This document shows, piece by piece, positions 1 through 12,398 of a stretch of DNA of 64,000 nucleotides. Below the pieces are notes generated by a model. That model was not told where the DNA came from and searched no databases. It saw nothing but the letters and a program-made list of their open reading frames with translations. Position numbers and translations under genes: made by a program. Source of the DNA: Octopus sinensis (Eukaryota); the NCBI RefSeq assembly GCF_006345805.1, contig NC_043010.1, positions 5,084,001 to 5,148,000 on the forward strand, given 5' to 3'. Each line of letters begins with the position of its first letter. The first letter of the stretch is position 1.

Positions 1-152
1 AGAAAATGATGTGAGAATATGACATTAATAGTGATATCAACGATGCTGATGTTAGTAATGGTAGTGGTGATGATGATGATGATGGTGGCGGTGGTAGTGG
101 TGGCAGTAGTAACAATGAACAATACTGTTGACAATACTCTGGTGGTATTGAT

Positions 153-387
153 AAGGTGGCAAGCTGGCAGAAACGTTAGCACGGCGGGCGAAATGCTTAG
201 CGGTATTTCGTCTGCCGTTACGTTGTGAGTTCAAATTCCGCCGAGGTCGACTTTGCCTTTTTAATCCTTTCGGGGTCGATAAATTAAGCACCAGTTACGC
301 ACTGGGGTCGATGCAATCGACTTAATACCTATGTCTGTCCTTGTTTGTCCCCTCTGTGTTTAGCCCCTTGTGGGTAATAAAGAAATA
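153..387 (+). mobile_element. tRNA-derived SINE (family B; gagctggcagaa head, gcctttcatcctttcggggtcgataaa central domain)
   Basis: B-box-like gagttcaaattcc. Flanked by 9-bp direct repeat GGTATTGAT (144-152, 388-396). Near-identical copy at 35536-35765. Confidence 0.85.
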
Positions 388-1226
388 GGTATTGATGTCT
401 TCTGCACAGTTTTTGTCAATACTAAAGTTTATCTCCCAAAGTGTTTGTTGACCCAAGTTTATGGAAGAAATCGCTTACCCAAAATACTGCAAAGTGGGAT
501 AGAACCCAGAATGACCGCAGCATTGAAGAGTGAGCCTTTTCACCACTGAGCCCATTCCTATATTTATGGGCCTATGGGGAGTATGGGAAATAACATTAGC
601 AAAAAAATAGATTTAATGACAAGAATGGTAATAATAATGACAATGATGTGATGGACAATGGTGCCAGTACTGACAATGGTGCCGGTACTGCCACTATTGC
701 CATTTCCAATGAGGATCGTGGGAAGATGAAGGGTGGGGGAAGAGGAGGCATGGCAGGACAATATTCATGGATATTTGTGTTATGTGATGGAGACTATTGG
801 TAGTTCTGTTCTTGGAGGCGTTGGGAATGTATAGTAAAACTGATCCTAACTGACATTGTATTTTTCTCCTTCTCTCTCTTTCTCTTTGTCCCTCTCTCTG
901 TCTGTCTCTGTCTCTGTCTCTCAGTTTCTCTCTCTCTCTCTCTCTCAGGATTAACATTTAGAATTCATTGCGGAACAGCTTAACCAGGATCTTTTGTGGT
1001 TTAGTCATGTGTATAAGCTGAATAGGATGCCATTCTTACACATCTATTCCCCTTCCTACATACAATGTCTGTTCCTGAGATGATAGGGAATGTTTTTATG
1101 CTGGAAGGCCCTGTTGAAGTTAACTGACATCTGACACAGCCACATTCAAGTTAAATGCCTCCTGACAACTGCCTTAAAAAAACAGCTATATTACTAAATC
1201 TATTATTTCATATGATATAATTATAA

Positions 1227-1570
1227 GTGCAGGCATGGCTTTGGGGGTTAAGAAGCTCACTTTGCAACCATGTGGTTTTGGGTTCAGTCTCGTTGCTCAG
1301 TACCTTGCCTTGTGAGTAAATCTGATAGAAGGAAACTTTGTCGAAGCCCATTATATGCGTGTGCTTTTGTGCTTGGGTTTGTTCCCCGTCACTGCTTGAC
1401 AACAGGTGATGGTTTGTTTCCATTTCCATAACTTAACGGTTTGGCAAATGAAGCCAACAGAACAAGCATGAACCTTAAAAATTAGTACCTGGGTTGATAA
1501 ATATGGCTAAGCCTTTGAAGACAGTGCCCCAGCATGGTCACAGTCCAATAACTGAAATAAGTAAAACTAA
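1227..1570 (+). mobile_element. Degenerate tRNA-derived SINE (family A)
   Basis: Diverged but colinear match to the family A copies (gtgcaggcatggct... to ...actgaaataagtaaaa). Confidence 0.7.
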
Positions 1571-1779
1571 CAAAATGTGAAAACAGGGCTCAGTTCCAGA
1601 ATAAGCACATATTTTATTTTATTTTTTATTTTTATCTAGTTTCAGCTCACAAGCTGTGGCCATGCTGGGGCACCGCCATATAGGATCAAGGATGAAATTT
1701 TGGGACATTTTTTGGAAAAAAGTGTTTGTTAAAGGCCGTTGAATATGGTGCTTCTTTCTTGTTTTACTTCTAGTGTAAA

Positions 1780-2128
1780 AATGGTAAAGATCCCCTCTCC
1801 CACTTTGGTCATGAATGACCATGGAATTGCACCTAGAAAGTTCCTCTCTGAGGCACAAGTCTGTGCAAAGTTGTGTATAGAAGACTAGCAGTTGCCCATG
1901 CATACCAACCTCCCCTCTTCACGCCACTGATGTTAACCAAGGGAAAGGCAAAGACTGATATAGCTTGGCACCAGTGATGCCGCAACTTATTTCTACAGAT
2001 GAGTGAACGGGAACAACGTGAAATAAAGTGTCTTGCTCAAGAACACAACGCACAGCCCTGTCCAAGAATTGAACTCACTACCTCATGATTGTAAACCCAA
2101 TACTTTAACCACTGAGCTATGTGCCTTC
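1780..2128 (-). mobile_element. tRNA-derived SINE (family E)
   Basis: Minus-strand head gaaggcacatagctcagtggttaaag...gagttcaattc followed by tgtgttcttgagcaagacactt. Related heads on + at ~6808 and ~12440. Confidence 0.7.
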
Positions 2129-3187
2129 ACACTTCTAGTGTAAGGTAATAACATTTTTGGAAAGTTGGCAGAATCATTAGCATGCTGGGCAAAATTCTTG
2201 GCAAAATTTCATCTGTTTTGTGTTCTGAGTTCAAATTCTGCAAGGTTGACTTTTGCCTATCATCCTTATGGAGTTGATAAAATAAGTAGCAGTTGTGCAC
2301 TGGGCTTGATGAAATGGATTTAACCCCTCCCCCAAAATTGCTGGCCATGTGTCAAAATTTGAAACCAGTATTTTCATGGAGGTAAGGCATCCTCACTGTC
2401 TTCCTTCAGAGATATTTTACTTTCCATTTCTTAATTGCTAAGCCACGACCACCACTGCTGCTGCTAGTGCCGAAATCAGAAATAGCTTTCCAAAAAATCC
2501 AGTTTCAGAAACTTGAGAATTATTTTGTAAACTTGAATACATTTTAGAAAAGAAATTAAAAAATTGTAACATAAGGAAAAGATACACATTAAAATTTAAA
2601 TAAGAAGACATTTTTAAGCATCTTCTGGCTATATGTTTTTTGTTAACATAGAGTAAAAGGAAAAAAACATGGATAGATCAAAAATATTGTCAATGTTTGT
2701 TGAATATTGATATAAGTATGTGTATGTGTGTGTATGTACAAGATTTTATGGCATAAACGATGTAAGGTCATGTTAGACACACCCCAATTTGAGCAGTGAA
2801 TGTTCAGGAATTAGAGGAATTAGTTTTTAGTGCATCAAAGCATGTAATATAGGCCTAACTTCACATGTAGGACCCGGGGGTGATCTTTTGAGACATTTTT
2901 CCTATGAAGAGTGCATCTTACAATGCACTTTTCATATATGCTATCAGTGAGCAGCAAGAGAAGTAAAAATAAAACAGTTGGTGGAGGTGAGGCTAAGAAC
3001 AAGAGAGATATGATATGGCAGGGTAGTCTGTGGAACCAGTGGGGAGGAGAAGAGGCTGGCATATACATTAAAATTCGCTCTAGAATAATCCAGGGAAATA
3101 TTTCTCACCAGCTATATAAATCTACAACTCTTGATTTGTAACTATTTTGATAAGTGCCAACATGGAAACTGTGAGAATCATGTAGAT

Positions 3188-3230
3188 GCCTCTGATGAGA
3201 ACTCAATAAGGTTCAAAAATTGATTAAGGT
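3188..3230 (+). ncRNA. Degenerate minimal hammerhead ribozyme motif
   Basis: cct-CTGATGA-gaac(tcaataag)gttc-AAAA(for GAAA)-attgat-TA-agg. Stem I (cct/agg) and stem II pair, but G12 is mutated. Confidence 0.5.
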
Positions 3231-3247
3231 TGTTCATCATTTTCATA

Positions 3248-3660
3248 GGTGCAGGAGTGGCTGTGTGGCGAGTAGCTTGCTTACCAGCCACATGGTTCCG
3301 GGTTCAGTCCCACTGCATGGGACCTTGGGAAAGTGTCTTCTACTATAGCTTCAAGCCGACCAAAGCCTTGTGAGTGGATTTCGTAGACGGAAACTGAAAG
3401 AAGCCCATCGTATATATGTATATATATATATATATGTGTGTGTGTGTATATATGTTTGTGTATCTGTGTTTGTCCATCCCCCCCAACATCGCTTGACAAC
3501 CGATGCTGGTGTGTTTATGTCCCCGTAACTTAGCGGTTTGGCAAAATGAAACCGATAGAATAAGTATTAGGCTTGCAAAATAACTCCTGGGGTCGATTTG
3601 ACTTGACTAAAGGCAGTGCTCCAGCATGGCTGCAGTCAAATGACTGAAATAAGTAAAAAA
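3248..3660 (+). mobile_element. tRNA-derived SINE (family A, OK-SINE-like) with internal (TA/TG)n
   Basis: A-box tggctgtgtgg, B-box ggttcagtccc, CORE-like accttggg(c/a)aagtg, tail actgaaacaagtaaaa. At least 8 similar copies in the window. Confidence 0.88.
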
Positions 3661-3971
3661 AAAAAATATATAAATCTTTCAGCCTTTGAGTCCTTTTCTT
3701 GCTTCTGCTAAATATAGATTTCAAATTTTAGCCCATTGACCCCTAGTGATCAACTGGTACTTATTTTATTGACCCCTAAAAGAATAAAAAGTCAACCTCA
3801 CAATATTTTGTGTTCTATTATGCTGTTTATATCACCATACCTGTGTGTGTGTGTATGTGTGTGTGTGTGCGCACGTGTGTGTATGTATGTGCGTGAGTGT
3901 GTGCGCACGTGTGTGTATGTATGTGCGTGTGTGTGTCTATATATATACATACATATATATATATACATATA

Positions 3972-4356
3972 CTAGCAGTATTGCCCGGCGTTGCTCGGGT
4001 TTGTAAAGGAAATAACTATAAAGCATTTTTAGAGAGTTATAGCCAAAAAATAGCAAAAAAATGCATTAAAAATGGAAAAAAAATGATGGTAAATTATTTT
4101 TAAATCGTTGACTCATCGTAGACATTTTTAGAGAGTTACTTCCCTTATATAATAGCGAAAAAATGCATTAAAATGGAAAAAAATGATGGCAAATTATTTT
4201 TAAAATCGCAGACGCACGCTAATAGCCAGAAGGGCTCGATATGAATCACGACTATAAGATACTCGGTTTTGGTTAAACTGCACCACAAAATGTGGGAGTA
4301 GTTAGGAATCTAAATCGTAGGAGACAGACACACAACCTTACTTTTATATATAAAGA
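3972..4356 (-). mobile_element. Non-autonomous Helitron
   Basis: On minus: 5' TC(tttatatataaaag), 3' hairpin cccgagcaacgccggg, then CTAG. Inserted between A and T with no TSD. Four copies in the window. Confidence 0.85.
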
Positions 4357-4364
4357 TATATATA

Positions 4365-4599
4365 CAGGGCTGACCAAAAGTCACCTGACAGTAAATCAAA
4401 AACTATTCAATTCCAAGATTAAAACAAAAACTTATTTTATATGAGAATTCGTTAATAAATGGACAAATGCTGAAAAATGAATGGTGATAATAACTCACAA
4501 CATTCAATTATTAAACATTCATAATTGGAATGAATATATGAAATTGGATATTAAGTATTTATGGAATTTTTTGATTAACTGTCAGGTGACTTTTGGCCA

Positions 4600-4605
<6 letters not shown>
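4365..4605. mobile_element. Tc1/mariner-type MITE
   Basis: TIRs cagggctgaccaaaagtcacctgacagt / actgtcaggtgacttttggccaaca, with TA flanks. Confidence 0.8.
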
Positions 4606-4635
<30 letters not shown>

Positions 4636-4644
<9 letters not shown>

Positions 4645-4816
4645 TCTCTCCTTGTTTCTCTCCGTGTTTCTTTTCTGTGTATCTTTCTGTTGAAGAGCAT
4701 AGGCTCGAAACGTAAAAGACTTGTTTTATTTATATTCCTGAGCGCCATACTAATACAATTGTTTGTTTGTATTCCACCTGCCTTCGTCCTTTGTTTATTT
4801 TCATAAAGCTCCCCGT

Positions 4817-4818
<2 letters not shown>
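4636..4818 (+). mobile_element. Short Penelope-like/retrozyme-like element with hammerhead-like motif, inside (TA)n
   Basis: tcttt-CTGTTGA-a-gagc(atag)gctc-GAAAC-GTA-aaaga at 4682-4719, with a perfect 5-bp stem I. (TA)n on both sides. Related element at 20480-20690 (-). Confidence 0.6.
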
Positions 4819-4888
<70 letters not shown>

Positions 4889-5092
4889 CATATATTTCAT
4901 GCAAGCATAGTAGACAGAAACTGTGTGAAGGCGTAGTGTTATACATGTACGTGCATGTGTCTTTGTTCACTCGCACTGCTTGACAATATATATATTTCAT
5001 TTATATATATTTCATTTATATATATTTCATGAAAGCATAGATAGGTCAAGGCATGGCTGTACAGTTATGAAGTTCACTTTGAAACCACACAA

Positions 5093-5697
5093 TTATCTTG
5101 GAAATTTTTGTTCACTTACAGAATACGATAAAGAAGTATTTGTTGATCTTACTAAAAAAGACATAAGTGATATGGCAGTAGAATTACTAAAACATGCTTC
5201 TGTTGAGTTTGCCTTTCAATATTTACCATCAGCTGCTAAATATCATTATGATTCCAGGTTAGTCCTTCCCTTAGAATGGATAGTAATTAACCCTGATTCT
5301 GATAAAAAAATATTACTCATATGAAAAATTAATGTGGCTAATCGCCACACATGATTTTGATGTATCAAAATTTCATAAATTCGTGTTACAAAACTTTCCT
5401 AAAGATGAAGTTTTTAAGAAAATTCTTGAAAAATATGCGCAAAACCAAACAATCTCCACATTTCAAATCCTTATGTATGTGTTTGGAAATAAATCAAGTT
5501 CAAGTTGCGACTACACTAAAAATATGGAAATTCTAAAAATGTTTGAACCTTTTGAGAGATTTTTTTCGCTGTTCCAGGATAATTGCAAAGTTGAAAAGAT
5601 GTTAGTTTTTAAAAATAATTCTACCCATGATGCTTTATTATATGTAATTTTAATCTTCTTAATCTGTGGTTGCTTTAAAAAAAATCCTGTTTTATGA
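5093..5697 (+). pseudogene. Orphan coding-like insert (~200 codons, one frameshift in an A7 run), product unknown
   Basis: ORFs 4980..5324 and 5332..5697 join if one A is removed from A7 at 5304-5310. The peptide is non-repetitive and protein-like, and the segment interrupts a family A SINE head. Confidence 0.45.
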
Positions 5698-5729
5698 TTC
5701 AACCTCTATATGGTTGGGCGACTCTTTAA

Positions 5730-6173
5730 CCCATTAGTATTTAACCCTTTAGCATTTAAACCGGCCATATCCGGCCAGAAGTATTCTGCCTGTTTTATGT
5801 TCAAACTGGCCAGATCTGGTCTCTCACACCAACCCTACAATATCATTTTAAAAATTAACAGCTTCCTCATCAAAATCTCATAACTACAAGATAATGCATG
5901 ATTAGTTCAAAACAATGTGGATAAAAAAGCATTAATTTTGGCAGAATAATGTGAACACTAAAGGGTTAAACCGGCCATATCCGGCCAAAATATTTAATCT
6001 GTTTTATGTTCAAATGGACCAGATCCAGGCTCTCACACCTACCCTACAATGTTATTCTACATTAAGTAATTGCACCATCAAGATCTTGAAGATATGAGAT
6101 AATGCATGATTAATTCAAATCAATGGGAATCAATAAACATTATGTTTGATAGAATAATCTGAACAATAAAGGG
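5730..6173. mobile_element. piggyBac-type MITE with a related copy (5745-5965) nested inside
   Basis: Outer TTAA|CCCATTAG...AAAGGG|TTAA; inner TTAA|CCCTTTAG...CTAAAGGG|TTAA. The two bodies are homologous. Confidence 0.85.
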
Positions 6174-6359
6174 TTAAAAGTTCTTTCAATAATTATTTTG
6201 TGTGGATGTTGTTGGCCGGTGTCTTCTGCTGTAGCCATGGATTAACCAATACTTTGCAAGCTGTAAGTGAAACAGGTAGGTAAAATCTGAGAGAACTCCG
6301 TTATGTATGTAAGTATGTATGCATGTATGTATGTATATATATGTATGTATGTATGCATA

Positions 6360-6759
6360 CTCTTTTACTTGTTTCAGTCATTTGACTGCGGCCATGCTGG
6401 AGCACCGCCTTTAGTCGAGCAAATCGACCCCAGGACTTATTCTTTGTAAGCCCAGTACTTATTCTATCGGTCTCTTTTTGCCGAACCGCTAAGTGACAGG
6501 GACGTAAACACACCAGCATCGGTTGTCAAGCAATGCTAGGGAGACAAACACAGACACACAAACACATACACGCACACACATATATATACATATAGACGAC
6601 AAGCTTCTTTCAGTTTCCGTCTACCAAATCCACTCACAAGGCATTGGTCGGCCCGGGGCTATAGCAGAAGACACTTGCCCAAGGTGCCACGCAGTGGGAC
6701 TGAACCCGGAACCATGTGGTTGGTTAGCAAGCTACTTACCACACAGCCACCCCTGCGCC
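6360..6759 (-). mobile_element. tRNA-derived SINE (family A)
   Basis: Full-length reverse-complement copy. Confidence 0.9.
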
Positions 6760-6807
6760 TGTATGCATATATGCATCTAATTATATATGTATGCATATAT
6801 ATGTATG

Positions 6808-7105
6808 AAGGCTCATGGCCTTGTGGTCACAGAATTGCACTAATACTTGTGAGATTGTGGTTTCAATTCCAGGACTCGGTGGTGCATTATGTTCTTGAGT
6901 AAAACACTTCGTATGATGTTGTTCTGCGATCGCTTCAATATTTGTCGTATGGCACTCCATGCACCTGTTCAGGTAACACTGATTTGACGAAGGGAGCGAG
7001 CACATAATGTGCAGCACATGCTTTTGATCACTATAAACAAATCATTTGTGCAGGTCGTTCGGCAAGAAATAGTAGAACCATCTTTCTTGACAATGAGAGA
7101 CTACA
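6808..7105 (+). mobile_element. tRNA-derived SINE (family E-related head)
   Basis: gaaggctcatggccttgtggt...ggtttcaattcc...tatgttcttgagtaaaacact. Confidence 0.6.
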
Positions 7106-8386
7106 ATCACGTGTGTGTGTGTGTGTATGCATGCATGTATGTATGTATACAACCAATCAAATGCAAAATATATCAAATGCATGTATGTATGCATGTATGT
7201 ATGTGTGCAGGCATGTATACAGCATGTATGCATGTATTCATGCATGAATGTATGCATACATGTATATGTGGACATATGTATGTATGCGTGTGTGTACGTG
7301 TGTGTGTACGTATGTATGATGTATGTGTGTATGTATGTATGTGAATATCTATGTATGTATGTATCTATCTATATATATATATATATATATATATGTGCAT
7401 GTATGTATTTATGTATGTATCTATCTATATATATATATATATATGTGCATGTATGTATTTATGTATGTATGTACATGTGTATGTATGTACATATGTTTGC
7501 ATGTATGTATGTTCCTATGTATGTGTGATTGTGTGCATGACTGAGTGTACATTCCTTCTCATCTTGACATGTGGATGGTGATTGTAAAGAAAAGCCTCAC
7601 CGTTCATAGCAACAGTGTTTTGTTTGCTGGCAGTCCTCCTTGAAAGCATGTCAGAGCTGTTCATTGTTTGATAAACTGCAGGTTTATTACCTTGCTTGAA
7701 AGCAAGCGAGGGCTAGCATCAGTGAGAGCATTCAACCATGGAAAACTCTACCTCAACAAAGCGTCATTTTATCCATGCAAGCAAGGAAATGTAGATGTTA
7801 TGATGATGAAAGAAACGATGACGATAATGATGATGACAATGATGATGATGACGACGACGACGATGATAATGATATATGCTTGCACCTATTCATGTCCATA
7901 TAGTATAATGGTAGATGGAATTTCCTGCATCATTAATCCAAATTTCTTATTTCTGAGCTTCAAACAATTATAAAAAGAATGGAACTTAAGACAGTTTCTA
8001 ATGGACATATAGAAAAGATGTTTGAATATCACAAAAATGTATTATGTGAATGAATGAAATTAAACAAAAGAAAAGAGATTTATAATCCTAAATCCATGTT
8101 TATTACCCCCAAAAAGAATTAAATCTGATTTCAAAATCAAATAGTTTATTTCCAGACATATTTTACCATAGAAGCACACATGCTTCCACTCAAATCTGCA
8201 TTGTAAATTGCATTTAAGTTAGAAATTATACACCTTATGATGACTTGTGTGGCTTCAATGAAAGGACCAAGATGTTGGCGCCTTGTAAGTATAATTCCAA
8301 TTTTTCTAAATAACAGCAGCAGAATCAAAGGTATTAGCCTAGTACTCAAAAGGGAGGAGAACAACGTTCTACAGCCCAGTAGTAAA

Positions 8387-8793
8387 CTCTTTTACTTGTT
8401 TCAGTCATTTGGCTGCGGCCATGCTGGAGCACCACCTTTAGTCGACCAAATCGACCCCGGGACTTATTCTTTGTAAGCCCAGTACTTATTCTATCGGTCT
8501 CTTTTGCCGAACTGCTAAGTGACGGGGACGTAAACACACCAGCATCGGTTGTCAAGCAATGCTAGGGAGACAAACACAGACACACAAACACACACGCACA
8601 TACATATATATATATATATATACATATATACGACAGGCTTCTTTCAGTTTCCGTCTACCAAATCCACTCACAAGGCATTGGTCGGCCCGGGGCTATAGCA
8701 GAAGACACTTGCCCAAGATGCCATGCAGTGGGACTGAACCCAGAACCATGTGGTTGGTTAGCAAGCTACTTACCACACAGCCACTCCTGTGCC
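8387..8793 (-). mobile_element. tRNA-derived SINE (family A)
   Basis: Full-length reverse-complement copy. Confidence 0.9.
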
Positions 8794-9079
8794 TTCAAGA
8801 AGTACTCACTTCCTGATGAACTTGCATGCGATGAAAGTTTGCTGAACTAGGTAACCTAAGTACTCCAAGAAAGACTTAGTAGGGAGATGCTCTGCACATC
8901 AAAGAAGGTTATGCATGGGTATGCCTCCAGTAAACTTGAGGATGATACTAAGATCATTATGAAGTGTGACCTCTCGGACTCATGAGTATTTGTTACGATA
9001 TATCTTATCTTTTCTACTAAGTTTATATTTACAAACATATACCTGAAATTATTGCGTAACTTTACTATGATAGTAATTA

Positions 9080-9591
9080 CTGTAAATCCTCGAGTATAAT
9101 CCACCCTTGAGTATAATACGCAGGGGATTTTTAGGGGGCTGTACCTCTGAAAAACTTAAACCTTGTGTATAATACGCACCCCTTCTCTAACTTGAGTCAA
9201 GGAGGTCTATATAACGTCCTTGGTTTGTAAAAATGTATACGGTAACATCCTTTATTATTATTGTATATATAACATAATTCAAACGTGTAGCTTTTTTGTG
9301 CAAATTTTTTGCAGAAAATAAAGAAATAACAGTAATAACGTTTAATAAATGTTGCTTACTGCAATTTGTGGATGATCTTTTTATGACTTCATTGCTTATA
9401 GGCTTAGCTTAAGGTATTTTCACACCCAACATCACAAAATGCGTCTGAATAAACATATCCAGACAGCAAATAGAGACTCGGACATTGGTTAGAAAATATT
9501 TTTCATTTTTAACCTCGTATATAGTACGCACTAGGAATTTTGACCTTTAAATTTTGGGAAAAAAATGCGGATTATACTCGAGGATTTATGG
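9080..9591. mobile_element. pogo/Tc2-type MITE
   Basis: TIRs TA|ctgtaaatcctcgagtataatcc ... ggattatactcgaggatttatgg|TA, with subterminal repeats of gtataatacgca. Confidence 0.85.
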
Positions 9592-9950
9592 TATATAAAA
9601 CCTCAAAAAGCTAGAATTTCCAGGCATAGAAAGTGGCCAGTTCGTATGCACTTTGAAATTACAATCTGAAGTCGAATAATAAGGATGGATATGCAAGACT
9701 TTTTTAAAGTTCAACGCATATTAAATTCTACTAATGACTCTTTTTTTTGTTTTTGTCAGAAGATAGCTCTTCTCTTAAAGCAAGAATTCAAATAATTTAA
9801 ACAGAAAGTTAACATATATGCATAAATACTTAATTAATTAAATAAATAAACTGACACACAGACACACTCACTAAACACCCATCCACACACACACAGACAC
9901 ACACACACACATAAAATTAAACACCCTTGTATTTCTCTTGTTATTTAATC

Positions 9951-10541
9951 TGTGTGTGTGTGTGTATGTGTGTGTGTATGTGTGTGTATGTGTGTGTGTA
10001 TGTGTGTGTGTGTGTATGTGTGCATGTGTGTGCGTGCGTGTGTGTGTGTATGTGTGTGTGTGTCTATGTGTGTGTGTATGTGTGTGTGTGTGTATGTGTG
10101 TGTATGTGTGTATGTGTATGTGTGTGTATGTGTGTGTGTATGTGTGTGTATGTAAGTGTATGTGTGTATGTGTGTGTGTATGTGTGTGTATGTGTGTGTG
10201 TATGTGTGTGTGTATGTGTGTGTGTATGTGTGTGTGTATGTGTGTGTGTATGTGTTTGTGTATGTGTGTGTGTATGTGTGTGTGTATGTGTGTGTGTGTA
10301 TGTGTGTATGTGTATATGTGTGTGTGTATGTATGTGTGAGTGTGTGTGTGTATGTGTGTGCATGTGTGTGTATGTGTGTATGTGTGTATGTGTGTATGTG
10401 TGTATGAGTGTGTGTATGTGTGTGTGTTTGTGTGTGTGTAGGTGTGTGTGTAGGTGTGTGTGTATGTATGTGTATGTGTATGTGTGTGTATGTGTGTGTG
10501 TATGTGTGTGTATGTGTGTGTTTGTGTGTGTGTCTGTGTGT
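9951..10541. repeat. Long imperfect (TG)n/(TGTGTGTGTA)n microsatellite
   Basis: About 590 bp of alternating purine-pyrimidine sequence. Confidence 0.95.
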
Positions 10542-11127
10542 ACATATCTCGCTGAATATTTTTACCTTAAGTTGGAGATTGGAGATTCCTATGGCAATTC
10601 ATCAAACAAGTATTTGTTTATATATTTATTAGTTTTTTTTTTCTTTCTTTCATTGTCAATATTTTGTTAGTTCAGACATCCACATTGACTTTATAAATAA
10701 CAAATTATTCTAGCTGTTGCAGTTAATGCTCAAATTAAGATTTCAGACATGAAATCAAGATTTAAAGTTTAATCTAAATGAAGATTTTTCAGAGATTTAC
10801 GTTGTATAAAGTTTGTGTATAGAATGAGAATTTAAAGAGAAAGCCCATTTCTTTTGCAATGCACGTTCACTTTTATTTATAATACAACTAGAATTGGCTT
10901 CATGCTATCATACTTTTATACTCTTGTGCACTGAAAATAAAGAAAATAATAATATTAAATTAAAGTAAACATTGAATTTTGTGGGTGCAGGGCGTAGCAG
11001 AGTGGTTAAGATGTTCACTTAATGACCACCGTCTAGAAGCTAGCTCAAGTGTCTCCTGCTGTTGAGCAATGTGTATGTTTGTGTGTGTGCGTGTGCATGT
11101 GTGTATGTGGGTATGTGTGTGTATATA

Positions 11128-11353
11128 CTCTTTACTCTTTTACTTGTTTCAGTCGTCATTTGACTGCGGCCATGCTGGAGCACCGCCTTTAGTTGAGCAA
11201 ATCGACCCCGGGACTTATTCTTTGTAAGTCCAGTACTTATTCTATCGGTCTCTTTTGCCGAACCGCTAAGTGACGGGGACGTCAACACACCAGCATCGGT
11301 TGTCAAGCAATGCTAGTGGGACAAACACACACACACAAACACATACACACACA

Positions 11354-11397
<44 letters not shown>

Positions 11398-11561
11398 TCG
11401 ACAGGCTTCTTTCAGTTTCCGTCTACCAAATCCACTCACAAGGCATTGGTCGGCCTGGAGCTATAGCAGAAGACACTTGCCCAAGGTGCCATGCAGTGGG
11501 ACTGAACTCGGAACCATGTGGTTGGTTAGCAAGCTACTTACCACACAGCCACTCCTGCGCC
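11128..11561 (-). mobile_element. tRNA-derived SINE (family A)
   Basis: Full-length reverse-complement copy. Confidence 0.9.
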
Positions 11562-11580
11562 TATGTGTATATATATATAT

Positions 11581-11866
11581 ATGGTTAGGGCAGCGGACTC
11601 GCGGTTGTAGGATCACAGTTTCGATTCCCAGACCGGGCATTGTGAGTGTTTTTTGAGCGAAAACACCTAAAAAGCTCCACGAGGCTCCGGCAGGGGATGG
11701 TGGCGATCCCTGCCATACTCTTTTGCCACAACTTTCTCTCACTCTTTCTTCTGTTGGCCTGCTCGCTTAGCCAGTGGAGTGGCATCATTTAAAGGCTAAA
11801 ACAATGTGAAGCGCATTGTGACTAGCGATGTGTAGCAACATCTGATAGCCTGGTCGGTCACAGTGA
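11581..11866 (+). mobile_element. tRNA-derived SINE (family C, tail type 1)
   Basis: Head tggttagggcagcggactcgcgg...tttcgattccc. Same element on - at 15186-15488. Confidence 0.85.
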
Positions 11867-12246
11867 TATATATATATATATGCACACACATACGTATATA
11901 TACATGTATACACACACACAGAGACACACATACATATACACTTTTTTATTCATTTCAGCAATGTGGTTGTGATCATGCTGGAGCACCACTGTGATTTTGC
12001 ACTTTTACATATAATTCTTCTTTAGTTGAGTTCTTCAGGGTGGTAGGATTTCATATCACCTCTTTTCTATGTGATGTTGCCATGTTTGTTGGCCCATTTT
12101 GTGTATAAAGAGTTTGACATCTCAGCTCTTATCTGTACCTCATGCCACGCTGTTGGTTCATCCGGTATTGTGGAGAGGAGAATGTCTAGTTTCTTTTAGA
12201 AGACATCTACGTTCATATTGTGGGTTTCTTAATTTTTGTGTAGATA

Positions 12247-12354
<108 letters not shown>

Positions 12355-12366
12355 ATATATATATAT

Positions 12367-12398
<32 letters not shown>

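Noticed and set aside
6301-8816. Recurrent similar peptides (AKETDRISTGL..., EDTCPRCHAVGLN...) suggesting a gene family
   Set aside because: Incidental frames of family A SINE copies.
8807-8850. CTGATGA...GAAA hammerhead-like string
   Set aside because: Stems I and II do not pair convincingly and there is no valid cleavage triplet.
8900-8970. SKLEDDTK peptide resembling the CR1/L2 RT FADDTK motif
   Set aside because: Too short and degenerate to call.
9871-10670. Long HT/VC-rich ORFs (224-247 aa)
   Set aside because: Translations of a (TG)n microsatellite.
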